From: Octopus bimaculoides
Lineage: Eukaryota
Reading direction: 5' to 3'
NCBI RefSeq assembly: GCF_001194135.2
Contig: NC_068982.1
Span: forward strand, 149,932,153-149,996,152
DNA: 64,000 bases
Of this stretch, positions 1 to 12,129 are shown in pieces (the first letter of the stretch is position 1; each line of letters starts with the position of its first letter). The position numbers were made by a program, and so were the translations under genes. The notes beneath the pieces were generated by a model. It did no database searches. It was not told the origin of the DNA and saw only the letters and a program-made list of their open reading frames with translations.

Positions 1-1176
1 TAAATAGACACCCCATAAAATATCGTTTTATGTTTATTCTAACTTGAAAGTTTTATATTTTTTTATTAATGGATATGATTCAGGTTCTTTATATGACTGT
101 TTAATCATGCCTCGTAAAAAAGAAGCCTTCGAACTATCCAAATTTCAAAGCGGCCGTATTGCGGGTCAATCTAAAAGTTGTCTTAACGTAAAATCGCAGA
201 AAACCTTGGGATCCCGCTTTCTACAGTTAAGGGAGTGATTGTGCAATTCACAAGAGAGGGGAAGGAGTCCACATCACCTCGCCCAAGTTGACCAGGGCCC
301 TCCTCTTTGTTAAGAGAAGTGTGGAGGATAATCCTCGTTGCAAGGCCTCTGACATAACAGAACACGTTGATGTCAGTCCCAGAACAGCTGTCAGGTATCT
401 CCACAAACTTGGTTACTATGGCAGAGCAGCAAGAAGGAAGCCACTTCTTTAACCAGCCAATATCAAGCAGAGAAAAGATTGGACCAGTGAGATGATGGAG
501 AGGCCACTAGCATTTTGGGACCCTGTCATATTCTCCAATGAGTCCAGATTTGCTGTATTTCCTGACAGTGGTTGAGTATGGGTCTGGAGACTGTGATCAA
601 GAATTTGACCTGAAAAGATTGCAACCAACAATGAACCATGGCAGCTATTCTGTGTTGGTCTGGGGAGCAATTTGGAGCAATGGTCAATCAGAGCTGGTGG
701 AGTGTAAGGGAAACATAAACTCAGATAGATATATGTCCATGTGGCAGAAAGGACTCCTTCTAATCTTCTCCAGTGGTGAAATGATTAAAGAAGACTATTT
801 ATGGACTAAAATGACCCAAGATTTGTTGAATGAGAATGGTATTAAAAAGCTTCCATGGCCAAGCCAATCATCAGATATGAACGCTATTGAACACCTCCGG
901 GACATAATGGACAGGACACTTCATAAAAAGGACAAGAAAGCATCTTCAAAGCCAGATCTTTTGAGATTATTGCATGAAACTTGGCAAGAAATTCCTCCAG
1001 AGAATATTCGTCATCTGATCATTAACATGCTTAACAGAGTCCTTGCATTGAAAAATGCAAGGGGTATGTCTACTAAATATTAAATATTCATATTATAACA
1101 TTTAATGAATAATTTGAATGTATAATTTCAGATTTAAATAAATTTTAGCGATTATAAGAGTGTCTATTTACTTCTG
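1..1176 (+). mobile_element. Tc1-like DNA transposon, degenerate; left TIR clipped by the window edge
   Basis: The window starts with TAAATAGACAC, and its reverse complement GTGTCTATTTA (followed by CTTCTG) lies at about 1160-1176. A transposase remnant sits between them. Confidence 0.88.
107..1083 (+). pseudogene. Tc1 (DD34E-type) transposase pseudogene with frameshifts, a stop and an internal deletion
   Basis: Pieces read MPRKKEAFELSKFQSGRIAG, GRAARRKPLL, VIFSNESRF, SVLVWGAIW, LPWPSQSSDMNAIEHL and ARGMSTKY*, all typical Tc1 motifs. The second catalytic Asp region appears deleted. Confidence 0.9.
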
Positions 1177-1187
1177 TTATGTCTGCG

Positions 1188-1254
<67 letters not shown>

Positions 1255-1255
<1 letters not shown>

Positions 1256-1437
1256 CTCTACATAGTTTTTCTCTCTCCGATTTTTTCATTCTCTCTCCAT
1301 TTTTTCCTCTTATTTCTTTCAGTCGAAGAGCGTAGGCTCGAAACATAAAAGACTTTTCCATTTTTCCCTAGCGTTAAACTAATACACCTGCTTGTTGTCC
1401 CTTCACTTGTTTTCGTCTTTTGTTTTTCTGTAAATTT
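1255..1437 (+). mobile_element. Solo terminal fragment of a Penelope-like element, flanked by (TA)n
   Basis: Clearly homologous to 18520-18725 (end of the GIY-YIG element) and to 49164-49330 on the minus strand, sharing GAAGAGCGTAGGCTCGAAAC, CTAATACACCTGCT and TTTTCTGTAAATTT. Confidence 0.75.
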
Positions 1438-1438
1438 G

Positions 1439-1470
<32 letters not shown>

Positions 1471-1854
1471 TGTATATATGCATGAATCTCTGTATAGCAA
1501 GTCTGTAAGACAGAAATGAAAAGCCGAAATTTTGGTCACACACTCCTTAACCTTTGAGCTAATAAGTACTTTAGATATAACCTGGATGAACCGGGGCTTT
1601 TATTCAAGTTCATATTGGCACATTCAGGTCATCCAGTATTTGTAAGAAAGCTGCCTAATCAAGTTTCCAAAAATTTCATATTCTTTCGCCTATTGAATAC
1701 TCTTGCACAAGTTCAGCGTGCACCCAACATGCCAAATGTAATCGCTCACTAATACTAACGAGTAGGACGTTGCCCACAATGTTTCTAGATGTCTTTTAAA
1801 TAACGTGTGGTCACCCAATCTCAGTAGAACCTTAACATTTCTTTTCATGTACAG

Positions 1855-2025
1855 GAGCATCGACTTACTATTTAAATCCAGAATGTTTGTCCCTTACTCG
1901 AGAACCAGACCATTCTGAAAATTAATACTATGCTGTTCGGTCCAAACCAACTAAAACGTGTGTAATCATCATTGTAATCAAATAAAAGTGCGAATGTGTG
2001 CATTCTAGAAATTGTAGTCTCTTTA
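1855..2025 (+). pseudogene. Putative disrupted upstream part of the first exon of the membrane-protein gene
   Basis: Acceptor TTTCTTTTCATGTACAG| is followed by GASTYYLNPECLSLTREPDHSEN*YYAVRSKPTKTCVIIIVI, then a 1-nt frameshift into SANVCILEIVVSL-MATTSMYGG. One stop lies at 1923-1925. Confidence 0.35.
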
Positions 2026-2061
2026 ATGGCTACCACATCAATGTATGGCGGTTCCAGATCG
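2026..2061 (+). CDS. Membrane-protein gene, exon A (MATTSMYGGSRS)
   Basis: ATG at 2026 opens 12 codons ending at a GTAAGC donor (2062); phase 0 matches the acceptor at 2340. An alternative in-frame ATG exists at 2332. Confidence 0.45.
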
Positions 2062-2340
2062 GTAAGCAGGTATGTGTATGTGTAAGTGTATTTATGTGTG
2101 TGAATTATATAAATATATATACTTATTCCTTTATCGCACGGACGGAGCTGCTTGCCCCTACATATAAGAAATATCCTTCAGCGAGGCATAACCCCATATG
2201 ATTCGTATAGAGTTTATGATTTCTATCATGGTATCAGTTTCTATAGCTCAACAAACATATTGAATATTTTACAAAGTTCAACAATTTAAAGCATTTATTT
2301 TTTTAATATTTTATTTTTTATTTTTATCGGAATGAAACAG

Positions 2341-2435
2341 TTATCAAGCCATATTGGAGTTTCTGCAGTGTCTTTTGTTCTGGGTTGCTTTTCAACATAT
2401 TATTCTGTCATGGTAATTTATCAAACCAGCTGCAA
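2341..2435 (+). CDS. Membrane-protein gene, exon B (LSSHIGVSAVSFVLGCFSTYYSVMVIYQTSC; one TM helix)
   Basis: Preceded by a T-rich tract and CAG; open hydrophobic frame; perfect GTAAGT donor at 2436 in phase 2. Confidence 0.62.
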
Positions 2436-3920
2436 GTAAGTATGCATTCAATTGTTTGTGTTGATTTATATTGTTTTTTTTTTTTTTCGTATCCAGTGAC
2501 ATTCCCAATTACACTGTTCAAACACGTTATTTGAGGCTGCTCTGCCTAAGTATTCAACATTGTCACCCAAATAAGAGCGATATTTCAGTAACACATGAAG
2601 TCGTAGGTGGTTTGGGAAACTGCTTTACAGCGAAAAAAATATATATGTTTAGAAGAATAGAAATTCATTGTAATTCTTTTCAAAATAGTTATGTAATGTA
2701 ATCAGGAGTATATAAACAATTCATTGTTTGAATGGTTGGCTAAGAAATAAACTGAACGGCATTTGTTTATGGATGTCTATTCTGTATTTTATGGGATTTA
2801 ACACAATTAACTAACCATAAAGCAACAAATGATAAGCCATTATGGCCTCAGATGACATAAAATTCTCCACGTTTCAAAAAGAGATCGGCTTTGTTTAATA
2901 ACTGTTTTACATTATATTCGGGATCCTGAAACTCTACAAATATTGTTTTACTATAAAAACAATACTTTTGCGAGGGAGAGCATTTAATCGATCGAATATG
3001 CTCCAATTATTTCCAAGGATTATTTTATCAACTTCAGAACGATGAAAATAAAGTCGACAACATTAGGATTTAAACTCTGAAGAATGAAATCAACCGTCGC
3101 ATAGTATTTATTTCGTCGTGACACTGTGTCTAAGGACTCAGGGAAAAATAGCCAAGAGCACTCCATGCTCTGCATGAAAACTAAACAATAGGAGCAGTGC
3201 TAACATATTTAATACTGTGAGTCAATGGATTAATATTGGTGCCGCCCATCTTGCCACCTTCTGTAAACAGTGAGTAAAAAAAAAGAAACAGAAGGGAACT
3301 GATTTTTCACCGTACTTTACTGTTAACAATAATTTCATACACATGTAGAGAAGATGTAACTAAGGACGATGGCAGGAAGAAAGGATTTTACGGAGCATTT
3401 CAATGTAATAATTTTCTCAAGAAATACTACCATGAAATAAATTAAGGAAAATCAACGGATAAATGAACCACAAATAAAGAAGTAAAAATTTCGCCTATAT
3501 CAAATAGTAACAGAAAATAATTGAAAATAAAATATCATTTCAGGAAACAAGTGAGTCAAACGACTGAATAGTGTGTTTCAGTTATCTTAAGATGCAAGTT
3601 TATCAGTAAATACAGACACGAATATGTATGTTATCAGTTTATAGATGTATGTTAGATATATCATTCCTAACTGATATTCAGCTTGTCAAAATTATGGTGG
3701 AATCATCTTTCAACAGCAACCAATCTGAAATCATCCATATTTAAGTTTCCGTTTTTAAATCAAAATTTTGATCCAAACCTCATTATAACACGAATGTTAC
3801 TATAGGACTTAACTTGACCAACAATAAGACTTAGATACTAATATATAAAGCTATAAATAACAGCCGACACAACACGCTTACAAAAAAATTTATGACATTT
3901 ACCGCTTTTGTCTTTTACAG

Positions 3921-4050
3921 GCCTTACCCCAGTGTTGGAGAGTGTCATAAGTATTCACTTATGATCATATGTCTGACTACTTTAATAGGAAGTGCCTGTT
4001 TGTGTGGTTTAAGTACAGTCTTCACAATTTTCGCGTTTAGAAAAGTCTAT
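3921..4050 (+). CDS. Membrane-protein gene, exon C (K/PYPSVGECHKYSLMIICLTTLIGSACLCGLSTVFTIFAFRKVY; one TM helix)
   Basis: Acceptor GCTTTTGTCTTTTACAG|; the phase-2 start matches exon B; GTAAGA donor at 4051 in phase 0. Confidence 0.65.
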
Positions 4051-4318
4051 GTAAGACGTTTTTCTACATTTTATTCATAATGTTTTGTGATGAAATATTC
4101 ATTACTTGATTTCATTTTATAAGATAGTTGGGGAAATTATAAATTAATGATTATTATGATTTGGCTAGTTTTTAATTAAAATAATAGATGCGGTCCATCC
4201 GACACATACGCACATACACATATACAAACGCAAGGTCACACATACATGCACATACATACACCTACACTCACAAGTGGAAGATTTATTGTAACTAAAAAAT
4301 AAAAGAGACATACATACA

Positions 4319-4350
<32 letters not shown>

Positions 4351-4360
4351 CATATATGTG

Positions 4361-4515
4361 TATGACGGTTTCTCTTACTTTCTGTCTACCAAATCAACTC
4401 ACAAGACTTTGGTCGGGAGGTCTCTAGTGGATGACACTAGACCATGTTTCCACGCAGTGGGACTGAACTAGAAACTCTGTGATTTGGAAGCAAGCTTCTT
4501 ATCAAGCCGTCATGC
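4361..4515 (-). mobile_element. tRNA-derived SINE, family A, degenerate, in intron 3 of the gene model
   Basis: Reverse complement matches the family A head and body seen at 7130 and 59140; adjoins (TACA)n. Confidence 0.75.
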
Positions 4516-4658
4516 TTTCTTTAACTTGCTTTAACACGCCATCAAGCTTCTTTAACTCATCATCAAAGCCATCACGTCTTAGTCATCATCATCGTTGACG
4601 TCATCATCATTTTCATTATTTTATTATTTCGCCTAATTAGGTACCAAATATCTTTCAG

Positions 4659-4829
4659 AAAATGAACGAGGAGTTGAAACTCAGCAAAAGTACTGGAGAA
4701 GAAGAGCCAAAAACGCAAAAGAATAAAGTAAGAAATTTGTCCAGTGGTCAGGAAAATATTGCAATGGATATAAAACTCCCTGACCAGACATCAGTTCAGA
4801 AAGAAGAAGAGACAGTCAGTCACTTATAA
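4659..4829 (+). CDS. Membrane-protein gene, terminal exon D (KMNEELKLSKSTGEEEPK...KEEETVSHL*; charged tail)
   Basis: Acceptor ATATCTTTCAG|; the phase-0 frame is open for 56 codons to TAA at 4827-4829. Confidence 0.58.
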   Translation, partial: KMNEELKLSKSTGEEEPKTQKNKVRNLSSGQENIAMDIKLPDQTSVQKEEETVSHL

Positions 4830-5084
4830 AACTCTATCTGGACACGGTTTATACATGAAACCAGCAGCAACAATGATAATGGACACATGGTTACAGACAC
4901 ACACACGCATCCACACGCACACATGTATACACGCAGGAAGAACATAAATTATGTACGTGTGAGCGTATGCATACATGTTAGTGTGTGCGTGTGTGTATAA
5001 ATATATATGTACACTCATATGTACATATATGTATGTTTGTAGTAGTACGTGCGTGTATGTGTGTGCGTGCGTGCGTGTGTGTGT

Positions 5085-5148
5085 GTTGCTTCTCCAACAT
5101 ACTGAGAATTTAGAAATAGCAGTCAAAGAACTACTGATTCCAAGCTAC
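5085..5148 (-). mobile_element. Partial second copy of the MITE at 56761-56963, cut by an assembly gap
   Basis: GTTGCTTCTCCAACATACTGAGAATTTAGAAATAGCAGTCAAAGAACTACTGATT is near-identical to the reverse complement of 56891-56946. Confidence 0.8.
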
Positions 5149-5378
5149 NNNNNNNNNNNNNNNNNNNNNNNNNNNNNNNNNNNNNNNNNNNNNNNNNNNN
5201 NNNNNNNNNNNNNNNNNNNNNNNNNNNNNNNNNNNNNNNNNNNNNNNNNNNNNNNNNNNNNNNNNNNNNNNNNNNNNNNNNNNNNNNNNNNNNNNNNNNN
5301 NNNNNNNNNNNNNNNNNNNNNNNNNNNNNNNNNNNGTGTGTGTGTGTGTGTGTGAGTGAGTAAGTGCATATATATGTA

Positions 5379-5432
<54 letters not shown>

Positions 5433-5920
5433 CATACAAATATATATACACACACACGCGCGCACACAAACACACACATGTATATATGGAATTTGTGTTT
5501 GTATGCACACACACACACACACATATATATTGAGTGAGCGAGTGAGTGAGTGAGTGAGTGAATGAGGGAATAATTATAATTCTGGCGATCGCCTCACCAT
5601 CACATCACGTAGGACTTTGGCAGGTGTAGTAGTCCAGCAATTGAAGAAAGATCGGTGAGATTCGGATGTCTGAGGAAGTGAAGGAACTTTAAAAATATTG
5701 TTATATATTTCTATATAATGAATGTATTACATAACATCATATGAGATATGAAATTTAAAAAATCATTTGTTTACGGAAACGATCGTTATGTCCATTTGAC
5801 TTCTTTCCTTATTTAAATTCTTATACATGTTTGTGTGTGGAGGCACCCGAGTATGTGTGCGTATGTATGTATATATGCACATATATATGTATATACACAC
5901 GTGTGTGTGTTTGTGTGCGT

Positions 5921-6275
5921 GTAATTTTTGTGTGCGCAGTTTGTGACAGACCATGCCTTTCTTTTGCTGGGTTCAAATCTCATTTGAGGACCCATGAAAA
6001 ACGAACATCCACCAACTATTCTGCCTATATATCGGTGCACACCTTTCAATGCCGTGTATGCCATAAGGTCTGCAATTCTAACGGAGGCCTCAAAAGATAT
6101 TTTAAGATCCACAAAGATCAGAACTTAACAGCAGCTCTTGGTTGTCCAAATCGGATATGCAATCTATGTGGGTGTCTTTTGAATACATTGTCTGGTTTAA
6201 AACGCCACATCAGACGCCATGATGGATCTAAGGTGTAGATACTCTGCATAAGGAGTAGACAACCACCATGTATGT
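5921..6275 (+). mobile_element. Probable 3' end of an RTE-like LINE encoding three C2H2-type zinc fingers, 5'-truncated
   Basis: Reads FVCAVCDRPCLSFAGFKSHLRTH, FQCRVCHKVCNSNGGLKRYFKIH and ICNLCGCLLNTLSGLKRHIRRH, with a stop at 6238, a short tail and GTAT-like repeats. The fingers lack TGEKP linkers. Confidence 0.6.
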
Positions 6276-7090
6276 ACGTATACATAATTTTTTGGTCAGA
6301 AACACAATGCAGTACTGATGATGACGAGCTACGAACCGTCTGTTCCTTGGACTATCCATTACTCAGCGAAGAAGACTGCTCGTGATCGCTAGACCAGCAA
6401 AAATTAGCAGCGAAATCTCCCTCATGTCACTTCCTATCATACAAATTAAGGACAAGATATATTAGATAATGCGGACTCATACGCCGGTTTTGGTCACATT
6501 TTAAGCCTGTTCAGGCAACACTGATCCAGGGGTTAAACTACAGCAATAAAAGCACCCCACCCCCTCCGATCATTGATTTATTTATTTATGAATTTTGTCA
6601 GTTAGATATGAAAAAGCATCGATTAGATAATAGTTTAATAAATTCGTTTCATTTAATTCGTTGCCTAAGGAGTGCTAGAGGATTTTATGTAAAGAAAATT
6701 AATTTCTTTTGACTAGCTAATTTCTCTCTACATTTTCAAACATTAAGCAAATTCAAGAAACATAATGACAATATTTTCTGGGTAGTATTGAATCTCCGAA
6801 CACACAGTAAGCAAACTAATTTCTGTTAAGTATCTTCGTTTATTTAGTTATAACCACCAACCATAGTATGAAAAAGGAGCAGAATAGTTAAGCGTCATAT
6901 ACCCCAGTGTACGGAAAAGCTCAAGTTTAACCTCGAACATTTAGCGGAAGAATTTCATAAAAATTATTCTTGTCTCTCTATAAAGCACAAAGAAATTTTA
7001 TCTCTTGAGTAGAACCTGACTATTATTCTGTTGTGTGTATGGAAAACCGTACACGCAACAGAATGCTCAAAATGCAAAGTGAGTATTCAC

Positions 7091-7288
7091 AGGGGCAGGC
7101 GTTGTCTCTAGGTGCAGGCGTGGCTTACAGGCGCAGGCGTGGCTGTGTGGTAAGAAGTTTGCTTCCCATTCACATGGGTCTAGGTTCAGTCGTACTGCAT
7201 GGCATCTCGAGCAAGTATCTTCTGCTATAGCAGACCAAAGCCTTGTGAGTGAATTTGATAGACGGAAACTGAAAGAAGCTCGTCGTAT
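7091..7288 (+). mobile_element. tRNA-derived SINE, family A, with a triplicated 19-bp 5' end
   Basis: A-box-like TGGCTGTGTGG, B-box-like GGTTCAGTC, and body GACCAAAGCCTTGTGAGTG...GACGGAAACTGAAAGAAGC; followed by (TACA)n. Confidence 0.85.
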
Positions 7289-8095
7289 GCATATGTGTGT
7301 GTGTACATACATACATACATACATATATACATACATACATATATACATGCATACATATATACAAGTATGCGCGCATACGCGTACCTTAAACTGAAAACTG
7401 CTTTGTATATTTCCATGTGAGGTTATTGAATTTCCTTACTGAAAATTAAACACTTAACAGTGCTGCTAATATATAGCTTTCCGCCTTTCAATCATATTTA
7501 TCTCCCTTGTTTGCTTTTTTCCTTTCTTTCAATTTTGTTTTCATTTTGTTTTTAAATAGTTTATATTTACTTTTAAAAAAATTTTTCTTTCAATTAAATA
7601 TTTAAAATTATAAGTTTGTATCTTTTCAACAATAGAAATTTTTCTCATGAGATTAATTTAAACAACACTATTATTTACAAAATATTTTAAAGTGAATGCT
7701 GAAGTCGTGATAATGATCAAAGGGAGGTAACATGATAAACAAGTACAATAACTCTGGATTTTTAGCTTTTTTTTTTTTCAAATTTAAGAGCGTTGTTTCT
7801 TTAATTCTTGAAATTCATTTGACGGAATGTAAACATTTATTAAACCTTTTTCTGTATTTGTTAATATTTGAATGATAGAAGAACTGAACATTGAAAATTC
7901 TACTGAAACTTTTAATCGAATTTACCACATGTTGATGCTTTGACTATATTGCATTAAAGAGTATATACTGTTGCAGAGTAGATGAGTAGAAAAATCGGTT
8001 AAGCGAGATGATAGGTGAGAAAAATGGTAGAATGATAAACAAATGTGTGTACCGTCAGGTTCTCAGTTCAAGTCTTGTTGAGGATCTTCGTTTTC

Positions 8096-8135
<40 letters not shown>

Positions 8136-8222
8136 CAATGTCGTGAAGTGGGTAAAGTACTATTCACATATAATGATCAGTCAACTACACTCTTTCCTGA
8201 AATGTGCTTCCTGTTATAGAAA

Positions 8223-8224
8223 TA

Positions 8225-8313
<89 letters not shown>

Positions 8314-8314
8314 T

Positions 8315-8401
<87 letters not shown>
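8223..8401. repeat. Compound microsatellite (ATT)n-(ATC)n-(ATT)n abutting the 3' end of the Tx1-like LINE
   Basis: Read directly from the sequence. Confidence 0.95.
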
Positions 8402-8403
<2 letters not shown>

Positions 8404-11007
8404 AACAGAATCGTTAGCACACCGGGAAAATTACTTAACGGCATTTCGTCCGTCGCTACGCCATGTTCCCAAGATGCCATTCTCACTCCACCTTCACTTT
8501 CTTTTTAAAATGGAACTTGAAGTCAATGAGGGTTTGGCCGAAGAGGAAAGTGTCTGTCTTCAATCCTTTCAACCTCGTCCACAACATTACCGCTTTCGCC
8601 ACAGCTACCAGACAAAGGAAAACTACTTTCTCTTCCCGGTCAAATGAAGTCGAAGGGGCAATCTTCACGATGGTTTCGGTTGATAACTGGAATTCGTCCT
8701 ACACGCATCACCAGCTGTTCGACAAATCTCCACAAGTTAGCAATGCCCAGACGTGGACGCGTGCATGCAAGACAGTTTCGTTGCCGTGTGCACATCTCGG
8801 TCAGGTCCGCCTGAAAGCATTTCTGTGCCCGTAGAGCTAGTCGCGAACCGGTAGAGCTCCTCAGTAGCATTGCTAGACCAGAGATTTCTGGAAATTATCC
8901 ACTGGCTCCAGCCCGAAATTCCTCAGGAAAAGAACAGCTAATTGTTCCCTCCAGACACCCAGAGTTTCCCCGAGGTCGTCGTCGATCTTGCCAGCCACTA
9001 ATCCCCTATAGAGCTCCAATGTGGAACTTCCACTGACCGCACTGCTCAATTGGCAGAGGGCTGTGAGCACCTGCCGACACTCCAGCGACCAAGCGCCGTT
9101 TTTAGTGTACGCTTGATCCAGGACTGTAGCTCCGTCAATGAGACGAGCTGCGAAAAATCCTGTCTGACAAACAACACCACAACTGCTCACAGTTAAGGAA
9201 ACGCTGGAGATGTCGCAGCCTCAGCGCATGTCTGAGGCATAACTGGGCATAACTACAGCATTCCCAGTCCTCCACTCAGCGGCTGCTGACAGCAGATGAA
9301 CCGTCTGACGAGCGGAACGTCAATTCCACCGAAGACAGAAGAGTAAGCGCTTCAGCTTGATCGGTCTCGATGCAGAGCAAGGGACTGCCGCAAGGGCAGC
9401 TCCCAAGTATTGATCGTGGACCATATCAAAAGCTTTTGATTGATACAAATTGATCAGTGCCCCACTCTTGCCAAGTTCTTTCCCTAACCTCTCTATGATG
9501 TAACGGGTGAGGTGGAGGTTGTGGTGGGTAGATCTGTTCCAGATAGCGCATGTCTGCGCTTCACCAACCAGCTTATCGACAAGCGCCGACCTCCTGGCTA
9601 ACACTTTGGCAAAATCTTACAATCTACGTTTAGTAGAGTTATGGGCCTAAAATTGTCTATTTGGTCCCCCTTGTTCGGGTCCTTTCACATCAGTACCACC
9701 ACGCCACGGCTCACAGCAACGGGCAGTCTTCTGTTCGGCTGCCAGTTGAGGTAGACAACCGCCAAGAGATCACCGAACAAGTCTGGCATATGAAGGTAAA
9801 GCTCGAAGGGCAGACCATTCAGTCCCAGAGACTTCTACCTTGGGCTACTCGTCATTGCGTCCCGTATGTCTTCGGCTGTTATTGGCATTTCGCAGGACTC
9901 CACATCCCTGGTCAAAAGGCGCGGTATACTGCTGAGATAGGAGGTGAATACTACCACCCCACTTCCTCGACTCACCGCGTGCTCCGTACATTTCGGCAAA
10001 GTGCTGCTGAGATTCCGCACGCATTTGCTTGCATTCGAGTAGCATACGCCAAATCCGAAAATGTTGGTGTTGGGATATGCGATCTGAAAGTTGTATGTGT
10101 GAATTGGGTTGTGCTTGAGATGATGGTGTCTGTGATAGTGGTGGTAGTGACGGTAGTGATGCTAATGATGGAAATAATGCTGTTGTTGATTGTACTGATA
10201 TGGCTTCTGTTGGGTGTAGTATCTGTGCATTTGTTCTTAAAGGTACCTCTCGCTTCTGATCATACCTGACAGTTTTTGCGTTGATGTCGGCGTGTTTTTA
10301 TTTCTTTTTCTTTTGTTAGACCGGCCGACTTTTTACCATTTAGGCTCTTCGTCGTACCCCTCACCACAGGACATTTTTGACACACGGAAGGGGCATGTCT
10401 TGTGGAGATTTCTGCTGTTGTTCTTTTGATGATAAAGTTCTTGTTTGGGTGGGCGTGGGGAGGGATTCTGGTGCTGTTTTTTTTTTTGCTGCTGTCTGGT
10501 ATGTGGAAGCTCTAGATGTTGGTGAGTTCTCTGTTCTATTTGCTGCTGTTGATGTCTCTGTTGTTCTTGTTCTTGTTGTTACTGTCGGTGCTGCTGTGAT
10601 GATGTTTCTGCTATTGTTACTGTTGTTTTTGCAACTGTAATGGTCACCGACCTCTGCCAGTGCTGCTGCTGCTGCTGTAGTTGTTGTTGTGGTGCTGGTG
10701 GTGTCTGCAAAAGTTAAGGGTTCCCTTCTCTCTTTTGTTGTGGACAGAAAGCTTCTAGATGATCTGTGCCCCACTCAAGTGACACCTCGGCTTTCTACCT
10801 TCAACGAACATGTGGAGGTTGGTGCCGTCTGGTAAATTTATGATGTCCGGAATTGCTTCTAAACTTTCGTTATCCATTTGCACCCACAACTCTAAGCTTT
10901 TCCCCATTCAGTTTCGTTTTTGCAGTTTCCGTACTTGTAGGATGTTTGTTTTGTCCTCTATGTCCAGGAGGGCAGCTTCCATCAACCAGTAGATGTCTAT
11001 TTCTGGT
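8402..11007 (-). mobile_element. L1/Tx1-like non-LTR retrotransposon, decayed, with two large internal deletions; 5' part lost in a gap
   Basis: ORF1 zinc knuckle VEGRKPRCHLSG..DHLEAFCP near 10750-10810. ORF2 pieces KSLGLNGLPFELY, DNFRPITLLNVDCKIL and LINLYQSKAFD (about 9400-9850), and a C-terminal Cys/His region near 8500-8830. No endonuclease body or YADD core was found. Confidence 0.85.
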
Positions 11008-11653
11008 NNNNNNNNNNNNNNNNNNNNNNNNNNNNNNNNNNNNNNNNNNNNNNNNNNNNNNNNNNNNNNNNNNNNNNNNNNNNNNNNNNNNNNNNNNNNN
11101 NNNNNNNNNNNNNNNNNNNNNNNNNNNNNNNNNNNNNNNNNNNNNNNNNNNNNNNNNNNNNNNNNNNNNNNNNNNNNNNNNNNNNNNNNNNNNNNNNNNN
11201 NNNNNNNNNNNNNNNNNNNNNNNNNNNNNNNNNNNNNNNNNNNNNNNNNNNNNNNNNNNNNNNNNNNNNNNNNNNNNNNNNNNNNNNNNNNNNNNNNNNN
11301 NNNNNNNNNNNNNNNNNNNNNNNNNNNNNNNNNNNNNNNNNNNNNNNNNNNNNNNNNNNNNNNNNNNNNNNNNNNNNNNNNNNNNNNNNNNNNNNNNNNN
11401 NNNNNNNNNNNNNNNNNNNNNNNNNNNNNNNNNNNNNNNNNNNNNNNNNNNNNNNNNNNNNNNNNNNNNNNNNNNNNNNNNNNNNNNNNNNNNNNNNNNN
11501 NNNNNNNNGGAAGAGGTGGAGGAGGAAGGGGATTTCACTTATTTGCCACAATGTCAAATCTCGAACCGGTAGCACTGCCAGGCCAAAGACATTTGGAAAT
11601 TATTCAAGATAGTTCCTCGATCGGAAAGTCTACCGGAACAGACTAGCCAGTTC

Positions 11654-11688
<35 letters not shown>

Positions 11689-12035
11689 TTAATAATAATA
11701 ATAATAATAATGATAATAATAAATATTATTTTTAACGTGAAAATACCTGATTCTCTTAAACTCTTTGAAAATACTGAAGTATTACAAATTTAAGTAAATC
11801 TTAGTTCTCAAAATCTGGTCTTTCTTTACACTATATTATTGCTAATCATAAATATCACCTATAAAATAACACCTACAGTATAACTCCAACTTGTTGTTAT
11901 TTGAGGTATCAAGGTGAGACTAGAAACAGCTCGTATAAAACAAGGCAACAACAATGTAAAAAACAATAATGACAACAAAGACGACGACGATTACTATTAT
12001 TATTATTAATATTATTATTATTATTATTATTATTA

Positions 12036-12129
<94 letters not shown>

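Noticed and set aside
2498-2701. Strong acceptor at 2497 followed by an in-frame extension (DIPNYTVQTRYLRLLCL...)
   Set aside because: It would need a ~61-nt intron and offers no good phase-2 donor to exon C. It could still be an alternative terminal exon, but this is unsupported.
6313-6350. CTGATGA...CGAAC as another hammerhead candidate
   Set aside because: GAAA is not intact and there is no convincing stem I or stem II.
9661-10269. 202-aa plus-strand ORF
   Set aside because: It is the antisense shadow of the minus-strand Tx1-like ORF2.
11654-12125. Opposed (ATT)n/(AAT)n runs able to form hairpins
   Set aside because: Common in this repeat landscape and explained by microsatellite tails in opposite orientations.
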